From a virus (Duplodnaviria > Caudoviricetes): a stretch of DNA of 59,370 nt. The DNA lies in the IMG/VR virus record IMGVR_UViG_3300045474_000007, positions 1-59,370 of that record. The stretch is one strand, 5' to 3'. Positions 26,601 to 36,034 of this stretch are shown one piece after another; positions within the stretch are counted from its first letter, which is position 1; each line of letters opens with the position of its first letter. A program made the translations under genes and the position numbers. Below the pieces are notes generated by a model. The model had not been told where the DNA came from, did no database searches, and saw only the letters and a program-made list of their open reading frames with translations.

Positions 26601-27012
26601 TTATTATTGCCATCCCCCAACGCTCTCGCCTTGCTCAATCAAGGATTCGTCTCCGTGTGCCTACACCGCCATTGATTTGCGCGTGGATCGGATTGTGGTT
26701 GCGTCTCACGACGGAGTGCAATGCGACGTGCGCCCGCTTTAGGTTGCTCAAGTTCATGCTTGGAAATGCGGCAGCATCGTTGGTACGAAGCCATACGTGC
26801 AGCCGGGGATCGCAATTAACGGGACAATGGTTTTCGGCGGATAGAATTTCTTGGCTTTGGGGTCGTCCGATAATCAACCGACCGTTAGATCGGGACCGTT
26901 ACCGGATTTGGTTACCACTCGGATGTCGTTTCACGGTGGTGGACTGTTTGTCGGGGGTCTACAGGGCGTCGTGTTTCCCTGGCGGCATTCGATCTTCTAC
27001 TCGGTGGCCGCG

Positions 27013-27102
27013 TATTCAGTTTTCAAAGATCAAATTGATGAAATCAGATTATAAAAAAACATGATAAAATACAAGTCGCCTCCCATCATTTTTGATGAAA
27101 TC
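27013..27102 (-). promoter_or_regulatory. Early promoter with rrn-like boxA and flanking 11-bp direct repeats
   Basis: TATAAT at 27053-27048 in an AT-rich tract; GATCTTTGAAAACTGAATA at 27031-27013; TTGATGAAATC at 27035 and 27092. Confidence 0.65.
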
Positions 27103-27140
27103 GGAAAACTCCTTGCAAATCAATATGTTAAAATGCTTTT

Positions 27141-27857
27141 TTAGAAATCTAATGAGATGGAAAAATCGGAGCCGCCTCGAACGACGCGGTGAATCATTCC
27201 AGGGTATTTTGCGATTAAACGCGAGGTGCAATCGCGCTCTACGTCCTGCGTCCTATACGTTTTGCACCCTGCCGGGGTCGTCCAATGTTCATTTTCCCAA
27301 AACAGATATCGGCAACCCAATACGCCGCCGTTTTTTTTGATTGAGCGGAGGCACAATTCGTAATCCTCTTTTACCGTAAAAGACTCATCGAACCGTAAAG
27401 CTGGATCATTAAAGATGCCCATACACGAGCCTGTCACATAAGTGTAAAATAAAAAGGGGTGGCTAGGATACCATGTCCTAGACGCGGATATGTTCGCCAT
27501 CCCCCAAATATCAAAGTGCAACTCCTCCGCAACGTCAAACAGCACCGAAAACTCGCGAAGCCATTCCGGTTCCGTTAGCGTCCGTCTATTCATGTTAGTT
27601 TCTGCTATCTCAAGCCATCCGCAATTCTTGACATCATCATCAACGAATACAACGCGACGATCCTTGACGTGATTCAATATCCAATTCCGCGTCGCTGTGA
27701 TCCCCTTCACTTGGATCGGCACACCGACCACATTCTTGCACCCATGGGTTTTGTAGTCCGCCACTTCTACGAGGGGAACGAATACCGTCGCGCTAGGTAG
27801 TATCTTAAGCGTTCTGACTCTGTTCGCACGCCCCATGCTCGGCACTGCGATTATCAC
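27141..27857 (-). CDS. GREB1-like/TET-associated (TAGT) GT-A glycosyltransferase
   Basis: IAVPSMGRA, GITATRNWIL, VFVDDD, KEDYELCLR and AGC motifs. Confidence 0.8.
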   Translation of the reverse strand: MIIAVPSMGRANRVRTLKILPSATVFVPLVEVADYKTHGCKNVVGVPIQVKGITATRNWILNHVKDRRVVFVDDDVKNCGWLEIAETNMNRRTLTEPEWLREFSVLFDVAEELHFDIWGMANISASRTWYPSHPFLFYTYVTGSCMGIFNDPALRFDESFTVKEDYELCLRSIKKNGGVLGCRYLFWENEHWTTPAGCKTYRTQDVERDCTSRLIAKYPGMIHRVVRGGSDFSISLDF

Positions 27858-28492
27858 TTTAGCCTCTGAATGAGATCGCTCGCCAACACCACCCTTTGGC
27901 GACGTGTTATATCGAAAGGCGAACCATGCTTGTAGCCGCCACGGCGAACCATCTTAAGATTCAACTTGTCCACTAAGGCATCGTACTGGTCTGGACTCTC
28001 CGGGTCGCACATCACTATGATATATTCTCGCTGCGGCTTCAGTTGCACCGCTTGTTCCAGTACCACGCTGTTCTCGTTGTCATCATTATCAAACTTCCCC
28101 TTTTCCGTGTCTGAGAACATTCCATCTAGCAGAGATTCGGCATCCAACTCCGCCATCATCTCTTTGTCCCACGTTGACAGCTCACTGCCTCTGTTGTCAT
28201 ACAAGGCGAGGCGTTTTTTTTGCTTCCCGCTAAGCCCAGTTCTTCGCACCACTACCCACTCTGACCCTGAAGCATTAACTACCTTAACGCGCCGGATGCC
28301 CGCCTTCCCTAGCGCCGCCATTGTCGCGTTGCCTGCCAATACGTTGTTGTTCTCGTCGATAACTCCCGATCTGCCTGTGCCAACTTCGTGTAACGCATCG
28401 ACAATCATGCCGACGTTTCGCGCATTGTGCTTGCGGGCGTTTTTGGTATCAGGATTGAGCGCGGAAAGTTCTACGATCTCGACATCGTTCAC
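27854..28492 (-). CDS. ParB-like N-terminal domain protein (DNA-modification associated)
   Basis: NPDTKNARKH, VLAGNAT and LALYDNR..WD motifs; GTGA-coupled start at 28492. Confidence 0.8.
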   Translation of the reverse strand: MNDVEIVELSALNPDTKNARKHNARNVGMIVDALHEVGTGRSGVIDENNNVLAGNATMAALGKAGIRRVKVVNASGSEWVVVRRTGLSGKQKKRLALYDNRGSELSTWDKEMMAELDAESLLDGMFSDTEKGKFDNDDNENSVVLEQAVQLKPQREYIIVMCDPESPDQYDALVDKLNLKMVRRGGYKHGSPFDITRRQRVVLASDLIQRLK

Positions 28493-28995
28493 ACCATTAC
28501 TGTTGCCGCTTGCTCCGTTGTTGGCATGTACAGGTTCCAGTTTTCCATGAACTGATCTCGCCTTGCCGCTCCGATCTCTGAGTTCCAGTTTCTTTTGTAA
28601 TACTGCCACATTCCCTCCTTATCATCCCAAGCAGGTAGAGCGCCAGGCCTTACCCAATAAGCTAGCCGAGCGTAAGCCGTGGCTAGATAAGCATTGCCGT
28701 GAAGCTGGAGTATCCCGTTAGGGCCGTTTATCATTCGCAAATCGCGCACCTGCATTTCGAATTTCAAATTGTCATGGCCCGTTAGCCAGTTATCCACCTC
28801 GTCATAGCGCATCTGCTCAAACTGGAAAATGGAGACAGCAGGCCCGCCTTGCTGGTGAACCATGCGGCCGCCGAAGGACTCCTGAGCCACCGTGGCCGCT
28901 AGCAGGATAACGGCGCTCGGGGTGTAGATATTAGGCTCTACGGTAGCCAGCTTGCGGCAGACAGGGATGAAAACATAGCGAATGTAATCTAACAT
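28489..28995 (-). CDS. Putative endolysin (lysozyme-like fold)
   Basis: LLAATVAQES..GGPAVSIFQFE..ARLAYW..YYKRNWNS; next to a small membrane protein. Confidence 0.7.
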   Translation of the reverse strand: MLDYIRYVFIPVCRKLATVEPNIYTPSAVILLAATVAQESFGGRMVHQQGGPAVSIFQFEQMRYDEVDNWLTGHDNLKFEMQVRDLRMINGPNGILQLHGNAYLATAYARLAYWVRPGALPAWDDKEGMWQYYKRNWNSEIGAARRDQFMENWNLYMPTTEQAATVMV

Positions 28996-29001
28996 TTTAG
29001 G

Positions 29002-29190
29002 TCACCTGAACGTAATGCCGCCCATGTTGCCGCCCATCAAAATATTAACCAGCCACAGCACGCACAGAACCACGATAACGACGCGAGCAACCTTGAGAAT
29101 CATCGCGTCCACGGTTAACTGCCCAATGACCCACCAGAGCAGAGCCACCAAAATTAGAACCACCATAATAGAGATGATCGGAATATTCAT
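29002..29190 (-). CDS. Two-TM membrane protein (holin candidate)
   Basis: Two hydrophobic helices; adjacent to the lysin. Confidence 0.7.
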   Translation of the reverse strand: MNIPIISIMVVLILVALLWWVIGQLTVDAMILKVARVVIVVLCVLWLVNILMGGNMGGITFR

Positions 29191-29208
29191 AACTAAGACT
29201 CATTCTTG

Positions 29209-32200
29209 TTATTGGTAGCGGTAGATGAAAAAGTCCGTGAGACTCGGGTCATGGTTTCCTGCTCCAGCGCACTCCGAAGTAGTATCTGCCCGACAAAGCC
29301 CCCCAAACGTCATAAGAACATTATTGATTGAATCGAACTTAAAATGGTTGCCGCGAACCGTCTTTCCTTCCGGCTGAAACATGGGGTCAATAGCCCATGT
29401 GTTTACGAGCGGATTGTAAATAAATAAAGTTGGACGAGAGTGGCCCAATGAGCAGATCCAGGGATAGAATAAAATCCTGTTAACTGAATCGAATGCAAGT
29501 TGAGTAAAGTCTTGGAGCCCGCCTCCTTGCCAAGCTGACGCATCTGCCGGTAAATCTGGAGCGCAACTAGACCCCGCTTTATTAGTCATTGCTGGATAAA
29601 GAAAATATGACCCGCCAGTCAAATTGGGTAGGGCCGCGCCGCTAAATGTGACCGTAGTATTGCCTCCGCTGAAAACAGCAGATGTAGGCACATTGGTTTG
29701 AATGTAATTCCCAGAAGTATCTCGAATAGAAACGTCCCTTGCAAAAATCGGCTTGCCAGTAATTGCTACAGATGTTTGATCCCCGGAAAGTGTAACCGTA
29801 TTTGCAGTTGATGAAACCACATCAACATACTGACTAAACGGGCCGTTAGGTGGCTTAGGAGGCTTTGCTTTCTTGGTTAACACCGTGGGGCAATTTGGAC
29901 CATGAGCACAAGACTGCGCAGCAGTAATGTCTAGCTCGTAAAGATCGTAGTTGAGCGGGTCCATCCCGTATATCTTGCGCCCCTCTATATCAATCGTTAT
30001 CCACTCAAATTGCATATCTCCGCTGTTAGGCACGAAGGTGCCAAACGAGTAACTTGTAATCGTTGGCCATGCGGAAAGATCATAAACGTACCAGGCAACG
30101 CCACGGCCATCAGTACCGACGCGAAAAATCTTTTTGGTTACTGGATCGTAAACGGCATTCTTTGGAGCTTGAGAATGATCGCCGCCTGTACCCGCGCATG
30201 TCCCGTTAAAAAGAGTTCGGCATGGCCACGATGGCGAAGCACTCCACTTGTTCGTTGTTTCAGAGTCAAATACCAGATCCTGAATCACTTGATATGCACC
30301 ACCTGGGGGTTGATACCAGACTGTAAGAGGCGCTCCCGTTGATGCAACAGACACCCCCTCGCTATTAACACCGGAAGCCGTAAGCGTTTGTTGCCCCGTA
30401 GATGGAGTATCCCGTTGAATCGTTATGCCAAGGGATTCGTAAAATCTATTAGCATTGCCACCCGTAACGTTAAACGCTTGGTATAGTTGTCCGGTGATAA
30501 CCATAGGTACAGCTGTGCTTGGCCACGTAACCGCCCCACCGCATTGATTCGAAGGCCCGCTCTGCGTTAAGAACCAGAACCCCGGTTGCAGGACAAACTT
30601 CTTTTGCTCTGGCACATAGACCCAGCCTGATTCATTCGCGCCGCCGGGCATAATATCCCCATCTATGCCGCAGTGCGGATAATCATTACGCCAGGAGTTC
30701 GTTGGAATGTGATAGGACCAGACGCCTTGATTGTCACCGTAAGAGACAAGCTCTGAATCTCCACCCGTAATATACATGCGCCCGTTATCAGTGTTTATCT
30801 GTAGATTCATGTGCTTGCCGCCGTAGGCACCGCCAACTCCACCATTTCCCGGTGCTCCAGCTGGCACTGTTGAGTAGGGCACTGCCACCCAAGTCTGAGG
30901 CGGAGGACTGAACATCCGTATAGCTCTATGATTGTCGCTAGCTCCTGGATCGCCAGCCTGAGAGCAATCGTTTCCACCCATATACAGGTGCAACTTGACG
31001 TTTGGCGCGTAGACCGCAGTCGCATTAAATACGCACGCGAGCCCAGGCGGAGTGATGTCCCGCCAAGTGTTTGCCGCAATCGAATAATATTGCAGCTTGT
31101 TATAAGTCCAGACAACCAGCGCGTTTTGCACGATATCGTAGGTCATCGCTACTTGCAGATTCGGCGCACCAAACGGATTAAGCGGATGAACGACGCGAGG
31201 GGGATTAGCGAGTTGATGCCATGCGCGGTCGCTAACGGTCCACTTCCAAAGGTCTCCGGTCGTATCCTCGATCAAGGGAGAACCGGATTGCACACGGCCG
31301 GAGTACAGGTAAAAATCTGGGCCAACGGCTACCAGCGCGTTCATCATCTGGTCCCGCGCTGGCGGATTACCGCTGAGCGTTGTCACCTTGTATCGCTTAG
31401 CCCCGCCAATATCACGTTCGATAAGAAACGTAGCGTTGGTCGGATTGCCGCCGCCCGAGCCGCAGCAAATCATGCCCATGTCCCCAACTTCACTCCAAGC
31501 CGTACCTGGATCAGTGCCGGTGTACGGCATTCCGCCTGTTAGAACTCCGGTGAATCCCTCAACGTATCCCGTCCCTCCGCGCTTGGTCCCGCCGGTTTCC
31601 ACCCAGGTGTTTGTCGTAAAGCTGAATCGCCCACCAGATTTTACCCCCACAAGATTAACATCGCTCAAGTCGGAGACCGCTGGGACCGCATCATAGACAA
31701 ACGTGCTGAGCCCGGTCTGCACTGTCGCCACGCTCCCTACAACCACTACAGATGTTGCGCCGCCTTCATTCGTCGTCGGAATCCAGCCCGATGGCCCAGT
31801 AGGAAACGTCACGTTGTACCATGTCTTAGATACCGATGAGGTTGGCCCAGCTATCACGGTGCCGACCGCGCCAGCGAACTGCACAGCTAGCGCGTCGAGA
31901 TGACTGCCAGCCCAAATCCAATACTCATTCAAGGCTGGAACATAAAAGGATCCGTGATTGTCGCGCTTCTGCGGTGCATTGACGGCATCAGCAGTAAAGA
32001 GCGTTGTCCATGCCTTAGTCACCGGGTCATAGCCGTACAGCGAGTTGTTACCCGACGAAGGGCCGGAGCCAAACGGATGAAGCATTTTATTTATGCTTGA
32101 AATCCAGTGATCGCGAGCAAAGCCACTATTTCCTAAACCGGCAGGATCAACGGGAATAGATGAAACGCTTTCATGCACGCCATCGTCCCCTATTCCCGCG

Positions 32201-33642
32201 CCATTACCATTGTCGATAATCGTAACAGTTGCAGATGACGGGAAGCCGACAGAGTATCCGGTCCCGGCAGTAATCGTCATTACTGCGGTTTCGCTCCCTT
32301 CAGCCAAGCTATCATTGACTGGCGAGAGCGTAACTGTCGTTGTAGTAGAGCCCCCGGCTATCGTGGCCGTGCCTGGGAGCGTAACGTAATCGGTCCCATT
32401 CGTGGCCGTACCGCCCATCGTATAGTTAACCGTCAATGACGATGCAGTTGATCCTGTGCGAGTCAGCGTAAAAATTCCAGGGTCGCCCAGCTCATCAGCG
32501 CTGGCGTCCGTAGCTACAACGCTAACGGTAGGCCCGGATGAACCCATGATAAACTGGTTGCTGGTGGCGATCTTATTGTACGAGCCAGAAGTAAAGAGCC
32601 TTAGGTTAAACGTATTAGTTGGACGCGGCGAGATTGGCATCGCAATCGTGCATGTGTTTGAAGCTACGGCGCCGCTCCCCGCAGTTTGAGTGCAGCTGTT
32701 GGCATAAACCCAATTCACATAGAAAGATGTGTCAACAACCTGACTTGCCTCATACAGTCCTATCCAGTCAGTAATCGTAGGGGAAGGAACACCGGCGAAT
32801 GTAGCTGTTTCAGTGCCGCCAATAGCTACCGGATCGGGAGTTGCCGCAATGGCTGGGCCTCCTGCCGCATCGTTATCTATCAGTGTAATCGTAGCCGAAG
32901 CGGGACTTCCGACGCTGTAAGCCGCATCCGCGCTAAGAGTCAGGACTACAGTTTCAGTTCCCTCGACTAAAATATCGTCTATCGGTATAACCGTCAGAGT
33001 AGCAGATGTCTGGCCCCCTCCGATTGTTATCGTGCCGTTTAGGGTTTGGTAATCCACTCCGTTGGTAGCGGTGCCGCTCATCGCGTAATGAACCGTCAAC
33101 GATGATGTTGTGGCCCCGGTGCGGCTTATCAGATAAGTCCCGGTATCCGAATTAGTGGGACTCTCTGTAGCCACGGAGTCGGTAGCCACCACGTTAACCA
33201 CCGGGAGCGTTACGCCTCCCATCGTAAACTGGTTGCTAGTGGCTAGTCGCGTGTAGGAGCCTTGAGCGAATAGGCGCAGCTCGAACACCGGGCTCGATAA
33301 TTGGGACTGCGGCATGTTGATAGAGCAAACCCCTGAGGCAACGGCGCTACTAGGAATAGACTGAGTGCAATTACCAGCGTAAACCCAATTTGCGTAGCCG
33401 TTGACGTCCGGTGAGTTGTAAACGTACAGCCCAATCCAATCGGTTGTTGTCGGGATTTGTATCCCTGAAAACGTCCCGGTAGTGATGCCTCCGAGAATAA
33501 CTGGATCGGGTGATGCCGCAATCGTAACTCCCGGGCTAACCACGAGCGTTCCCGCGCCGCCCGGCCCCGGTATCCGAACCTGAGCCAGAGCCGCTGCCGC
33601 CAGACAAGCCCAAGCAACCACAGTAAACAGCAAATGTTTCAA
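29209..33642 (-). CDS. Large secreted adhesin-like protein (Ig-like x2, Calx-beta x2, Kelch/beta-propeller)
   Basis: Signal peptide; duplicated DWIGLY modules; Calx-beta GTATNGVDY..VEGTETVVLTL; Kelch-like repeats. Confidence 0.85.
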   Translation of the reverse strand: MKHLLFTVVAWACLAAAALAQVRIPGPGGAGTLVVSPGVTIAASPDPVILGGITTGTFSGIQIPTTTDWIGLYVYNSPDVNGYANWVYAGNCTQSIPSSAVASGVCSINMPQSQLSSPVFELRLFAQGSYTRLATSNQFTMGGVTLPVVNVVATDSVATESPTNSDTGTYLISRTGATTSSLTVHYAMSGTATNGVDYQTLNGTITIGGGQTSATLTVIPIDDILVEGTETVVLTLSADAAYSVGSPASATITLIDNDAAGGPAIAATPDPVAIGGTETATFAGVPSPTITDWIGLYEASQVVDTSFYVNWVYANSCTQTAGSGAVASNTCTIAMPISPRPTNTFNLRLFTSGSYNKIATSNQFIMGSSGPTVSVVATDASADELGDPGIFTLTRTGSTASSLTVNYTMGGTATNGTDYVTLPGTATIAGGSTTTTVTLSPVNDSLAEGSETAVMTITAGTGYSVGFPSSATVTIIDNGNGAGIGDDGVHESVSSIPVDPAGLGNSGFARDHWISSINKMLHPFGSGPSSGNNSLYGYDPVTKAWTTLFTADAVNAPQKRDNHGSFYVPALNEYWIWAGSHLDALAVQFAGAVGTVIAGPTSSVSKTWYNVTFPTGPSGWIPTTNEGGATSVVVVGSVATVQTGLSTFVYDAVPAVSDLSDVNLVGVKSGGRFSFTTNTWVETGGTKRGGTGYVEGFTGVLTGGMPYTGTDPGTAWSEVGDMGMICCGSGGGNPTNATFLIERDIGGAKRYKVTTLSGNPPARDQMMNALVAVGPDFYLYSGRVQSGSPLIEDTTGDLWKWTVSDRAWHQLANPPRVVHPLNPFGAPNLQVAMTYDIVQNALVVWTYNKLQYYSIAANTWRDITPPGLACVFNATAVYAPNVKLHLYMGGNDCSQAGDPGASDNHRAIRMFSPPPQTWVAVPYSTVPAGAPGNGGVGGAYGGKHMNLQINTDNGRMYITGGDSELVSYGDNQGVWSYHIPTNSWRNDYPHCGIDGDIMPGGANESGWVYVPEQKKFVLQPGFWFLTQSGPSNQCGGAVTWPSTAVPMVITGQLYQAFNVTGGNANRFYESLGITIQRDTPSTGQQTLTASGVNSEGVSVASTGAPLTVWYQPPGGAYQVIQDLVFDSETTNKWSASPSWPCRTLFNGTCAGTGGDHSQAPKNAVYDPVTKKIFRVGTDGRGVAWYVYDLSAWPTITSYSFGTFVPNSGDMQFEWITIDIEGRKIYGMDPLNYDLYELDITAAQSCAHGPNCPTVLTKKAKPPKPPNGPFSQYVDVVSSTANTVTLSGDQTSVAITGKPIFARDVSIRDTSGNYIQTNVPTSAVFSGGNTTVTFSGAALPNLTGGSYFLYPAMTNKAGSSCAPDLPADASAWQGGGLQDFTQLAFDSVNRILFYPWICSLGHSRPTLFIYNPLVNTWAIDPMFQPEGKTVRGNHFKFDSINNVLMTFGGLCRADTTSECAGAGNHDPSLTDFFIYRYQ

Positions 33643-33644
33643 CG

Positions 33645-33728
33645 ATGCCCCTTCAGAATAGCCTTTATTTGGACCGTAAAGGCCCCTAGAACGAACGCAA
33701 AGCCTAAACTAAGGGGTAACCTACCCCT
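33645..33728 (+). repeat. Dispersed ~80-bp repeat, copy D (divergent)
   Basis: CCCCTTCAGAATAGCCTTTATTTGGACC...TAAGGGGTAACCTA. Confidence 0.55.
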
Positions 33729-34059
33729 CCAGCCTAATGGAGTCGATATTTTTAGCCGCATCGAATAATCCCCAAGCCGAGCGCGTTTTGAAATAGCCGG
33801 GCTTTTCCACGTAGGCTTGAACCTGCCACGTCCCGTAGGGAGTTAGGAAAGTCGCGTCAAGCGTGGTGTAGCTCAGCAGTCCGTCGCTGCCGTCCGTTTC
33901 GAAGATCGCATCAACAGTTTGAAAACTCCCATTCGGCTTTTTAAAGATGAGCCGCTTTACGGTAGCCGAAGCGATATTGACGGCATTCACAGGAGCCGCC
34001 CCATCAGTGCAGCGGAAAACAATCTTGACGCCGATAGCGCCCTCTTGCGGTGTTGGCAT
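33721..34059 (-). CDS. BppU-N-like virion adaptor protein
   Basis: FKKPNG..DGSDGLLSYTT..GTWQVQAYV. Confidence 0.65.
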   Translation of the reverse strand: MPTPQEGAIGVKIVFRCTDGAAPVNAVNIASATVKRLIFKKPNGSFQTVDAIFETDGSDGLLSYTTLDATFLTPYGTWQVQAYVEKPGYFKTRSAWGLFDAAKNIDSIRLEG

Positions 34060-34063
34060 ATTT

Positions 34064-35392
34064 TTATACCGGGAATGTTAAGTCCACGGCCTCTACGTTA
34101 ACTGACAAAGTTGTCGCTCCACTTATCTCCAGACTATCCACCAGGACCCCCGTCACGTTGACAACAATCTTCGCTAGCCGCCCCTTTGGTAAATCTACAG
34201 CAAGATCGGACTCCAACGCAATTCCGACAGCCCGGCGCTTTTTTCTAGCCAGAGATAGTGCGGCGTCTCTCTCTAGCGAGAAAACATTAAGCCTTCTCCT
34301 GGCTCCGCGCACAATCTGCGCCAGTTCGGTTTCCAGCGCCTGATTGAGAGCCAAGTGAATGGCCTCTCCAGGGGCTTGCACCAGTATGGCGTCATCGGAC
34401 TCTGCGGCTACCCCGATGGCTTTATGTTTGGCCTTGCCGACGCCGAGAGCGGTTTGCGTTTCCGCCGCCAGAGTAATGACATGCCCGACCCGCACCACGA
34501 TAGTCTGAGACGTTTCAGTTTCCGTCACTACTGCGACAGTGCGCCGCTTCTGAGCCCTGATAACTTGCGCGGTGCTGGCTTCTGTAGCTACATGGACAAC
34601 TCCAGGCTCCACATCCGTCAGGGATGCAAAATATAAAGTCCCGTCATCGAGCAAGCCGGGAGTGGACGCCGTTGCTGACCGGATAACTACCCGTCCCCGA
34701 TCATCAACCTTGTTGGCTAGTACGAGCGCACCGTCTACAGCAAACCCGATAGAGCCGATGCTTAAGGTAACGAATACCGCAACGTCCTGGGCTATATTGG
34801 TTTCAGCCGTTACACCGATGGTTATTTGCTTGCGCTTGGCAAAAGCCTGAGCTGTTTCTGTTTGAGTGGTAAGGGTAACTGCTTTCTGTTTGCGCCGGGT
34901 AATAGTTTGGGCCTCGTCGGCTTGGCTAGCTATCCCCATGACGCCGTGGACGCCGAGGCCAATAGAAATAGACGAGTCTGATTCGCTGGCGAGCGTTACG
35001 GCTTTCTGCTTACGGGCGGCAAGAGACTGTGCTGCGTTAGTTTCAGTATTTAAGGCAAGTGACTTTTGCTTGTGGGAGGTAACCGACTGTGACGTGCTAC
35101 TCTCGGATGCTAACCCAAGTGACTTTTGTTTGCGTGCCGCGAGTGGTTGAGCGGCGTCAGCTTCAGTGTCGAGAACGACTGACTTCTGCTTGCTTCGCGT
35201 GACAGTCTGAGATGCGTCAGTCTCGGTATTAAGTGCGAGTGCGCGGAGCTTCTGCTTACTAAGGGCCTGAGCGACGTCTGTTTCTGTGGGTAGTCCTACG
35301 CTAGCTGATAATTGAGCACGAGTAATCGAGCGAGCATTCGTTACAAGCTGCCCCGAAATACCCCATGCACTGCGCTGCCAAAAAATCTTCAT
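34064..35392 (-). CDS. Virion protein with 20-aa tandem repeats
   Basis: Recurring KQKxxxLxxExxxxQ units. Confidence 0.75.
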   Translation of the reverse strand: MKIFWQRSAWGISGQLVTNARSITRAQLSASVGLPTETDVAQALSKQKLRALALNTETDASQTVTRSKQKSVVLDTEADAAQPLAARKQKSLGLASESSTSQSVTSHKQKSLALNTETNAAQSLAARKQKAVTLASESDSSISIGLGVHGVMGIASQADEAQTITRRKQKAVTLTTQTETAQAFAKRKQITIGVTAETNIAQDVAVFVTLSIGSIGFAVDGALVLANKVDDRGRVVIRSATASTPGLLDDGTLYFASLTDVEPGVVHVATEASTAQVIRAQKRRTVAVVTETETSQTIVVRVGHVITLAAETQTALGVGKAKHKAIGVAAESDDAILVQAPGEAIHLALNQALETELAQIVRGARRRLNVFSLERDAALSLARKKRRAVGIALESDLAVDLPKGRLAKIVVNVTGVLVDSLEISGATTLSVNVEAVDLTFPV

Positions 35393-35395
35393 AGA

Positions 35396-36034
35396 TCATA
35401 CGGTGCTAAAAGTGAAATAAACCGGGTCAGCGCCTGTTGCCGTGAACTTCCAAGTAATCAAATCTCCATTGGTATCTGCTGCCAATGCGTCAAACTGGTA
35501 GATTCCACTAGCCACCTCGGCAATAGTTCCGCCGACACTAGCGAATGCCGCGCCGTCTATACTGCGTTGGCCCGCAACAGTAAGGCCCGTCTTTGGAGTG
35601 ACGTGATCGGCGGAGTCCACCATCAAAAATTCGAAGTTGCTAAATACTGCATTCTTATTGATGCCATCGGAAGGAAACTCCTCGTTGAGATCGTAGATAA
35701 TATCTGGCGTAGTGGTGTCTCCCGCCAGTCCGATCACATAGACTTTCATTACGTCGGTAGAATTAAGAGTGACAGGTATTGAGTTGAAAGTAATTGCAGT
35801 CACCCCGCTCGCTGCGTCTTTGATGGCTCTAATCGTCTCGTAGGCGCTTCCGCTCCCTGCTCGCTGAATTGTAACATAGCAAACATAGGCACCGTTCCCT
35901 GCAATCTGATCCAGGAACACGTTGATAAACAGCTTTCTAATCCGCGTCGTGTTCGTGAACGTGCCTACAAGCAGAGCCGCTGAAATGTTTTGGTTGCTCA
36001 GCGTTTCCGTGTCAACCTGGGTGATAAAACTCAT
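35396..36034 (-). CDS. Putative virion structural protein
   Basis: FLMVDSADHVTPKTGLT..AEVASGIY motif typical of minor tail proteins. Confidence 0.7.
   Translation of the reverse strand: MSFITQVDTETLSNQNISAALLVGTFTNTTRIRKLFINVFLDQIAGNGAYVCYVTIQRAGSGSAYETIRAIKDAASGVTAITFNSIPVTLNSTDVMKVYVIGLAGDTTTPDIIYDLNEEFPSDGINKNAVFSNFEFLMVDSADHVTPKTGLTVAGQRSIDGAAFASVGGTIAEVASGIYQFDALAADTNGDLITWKFTATGADPVYFTFSTV

Noticed and set aside
28493-28609. Longer start for the ParB-like gene
   Set aside because: It would overlap the lysin by 121 nt; GTGA coupling at 28492 fits the domain start.
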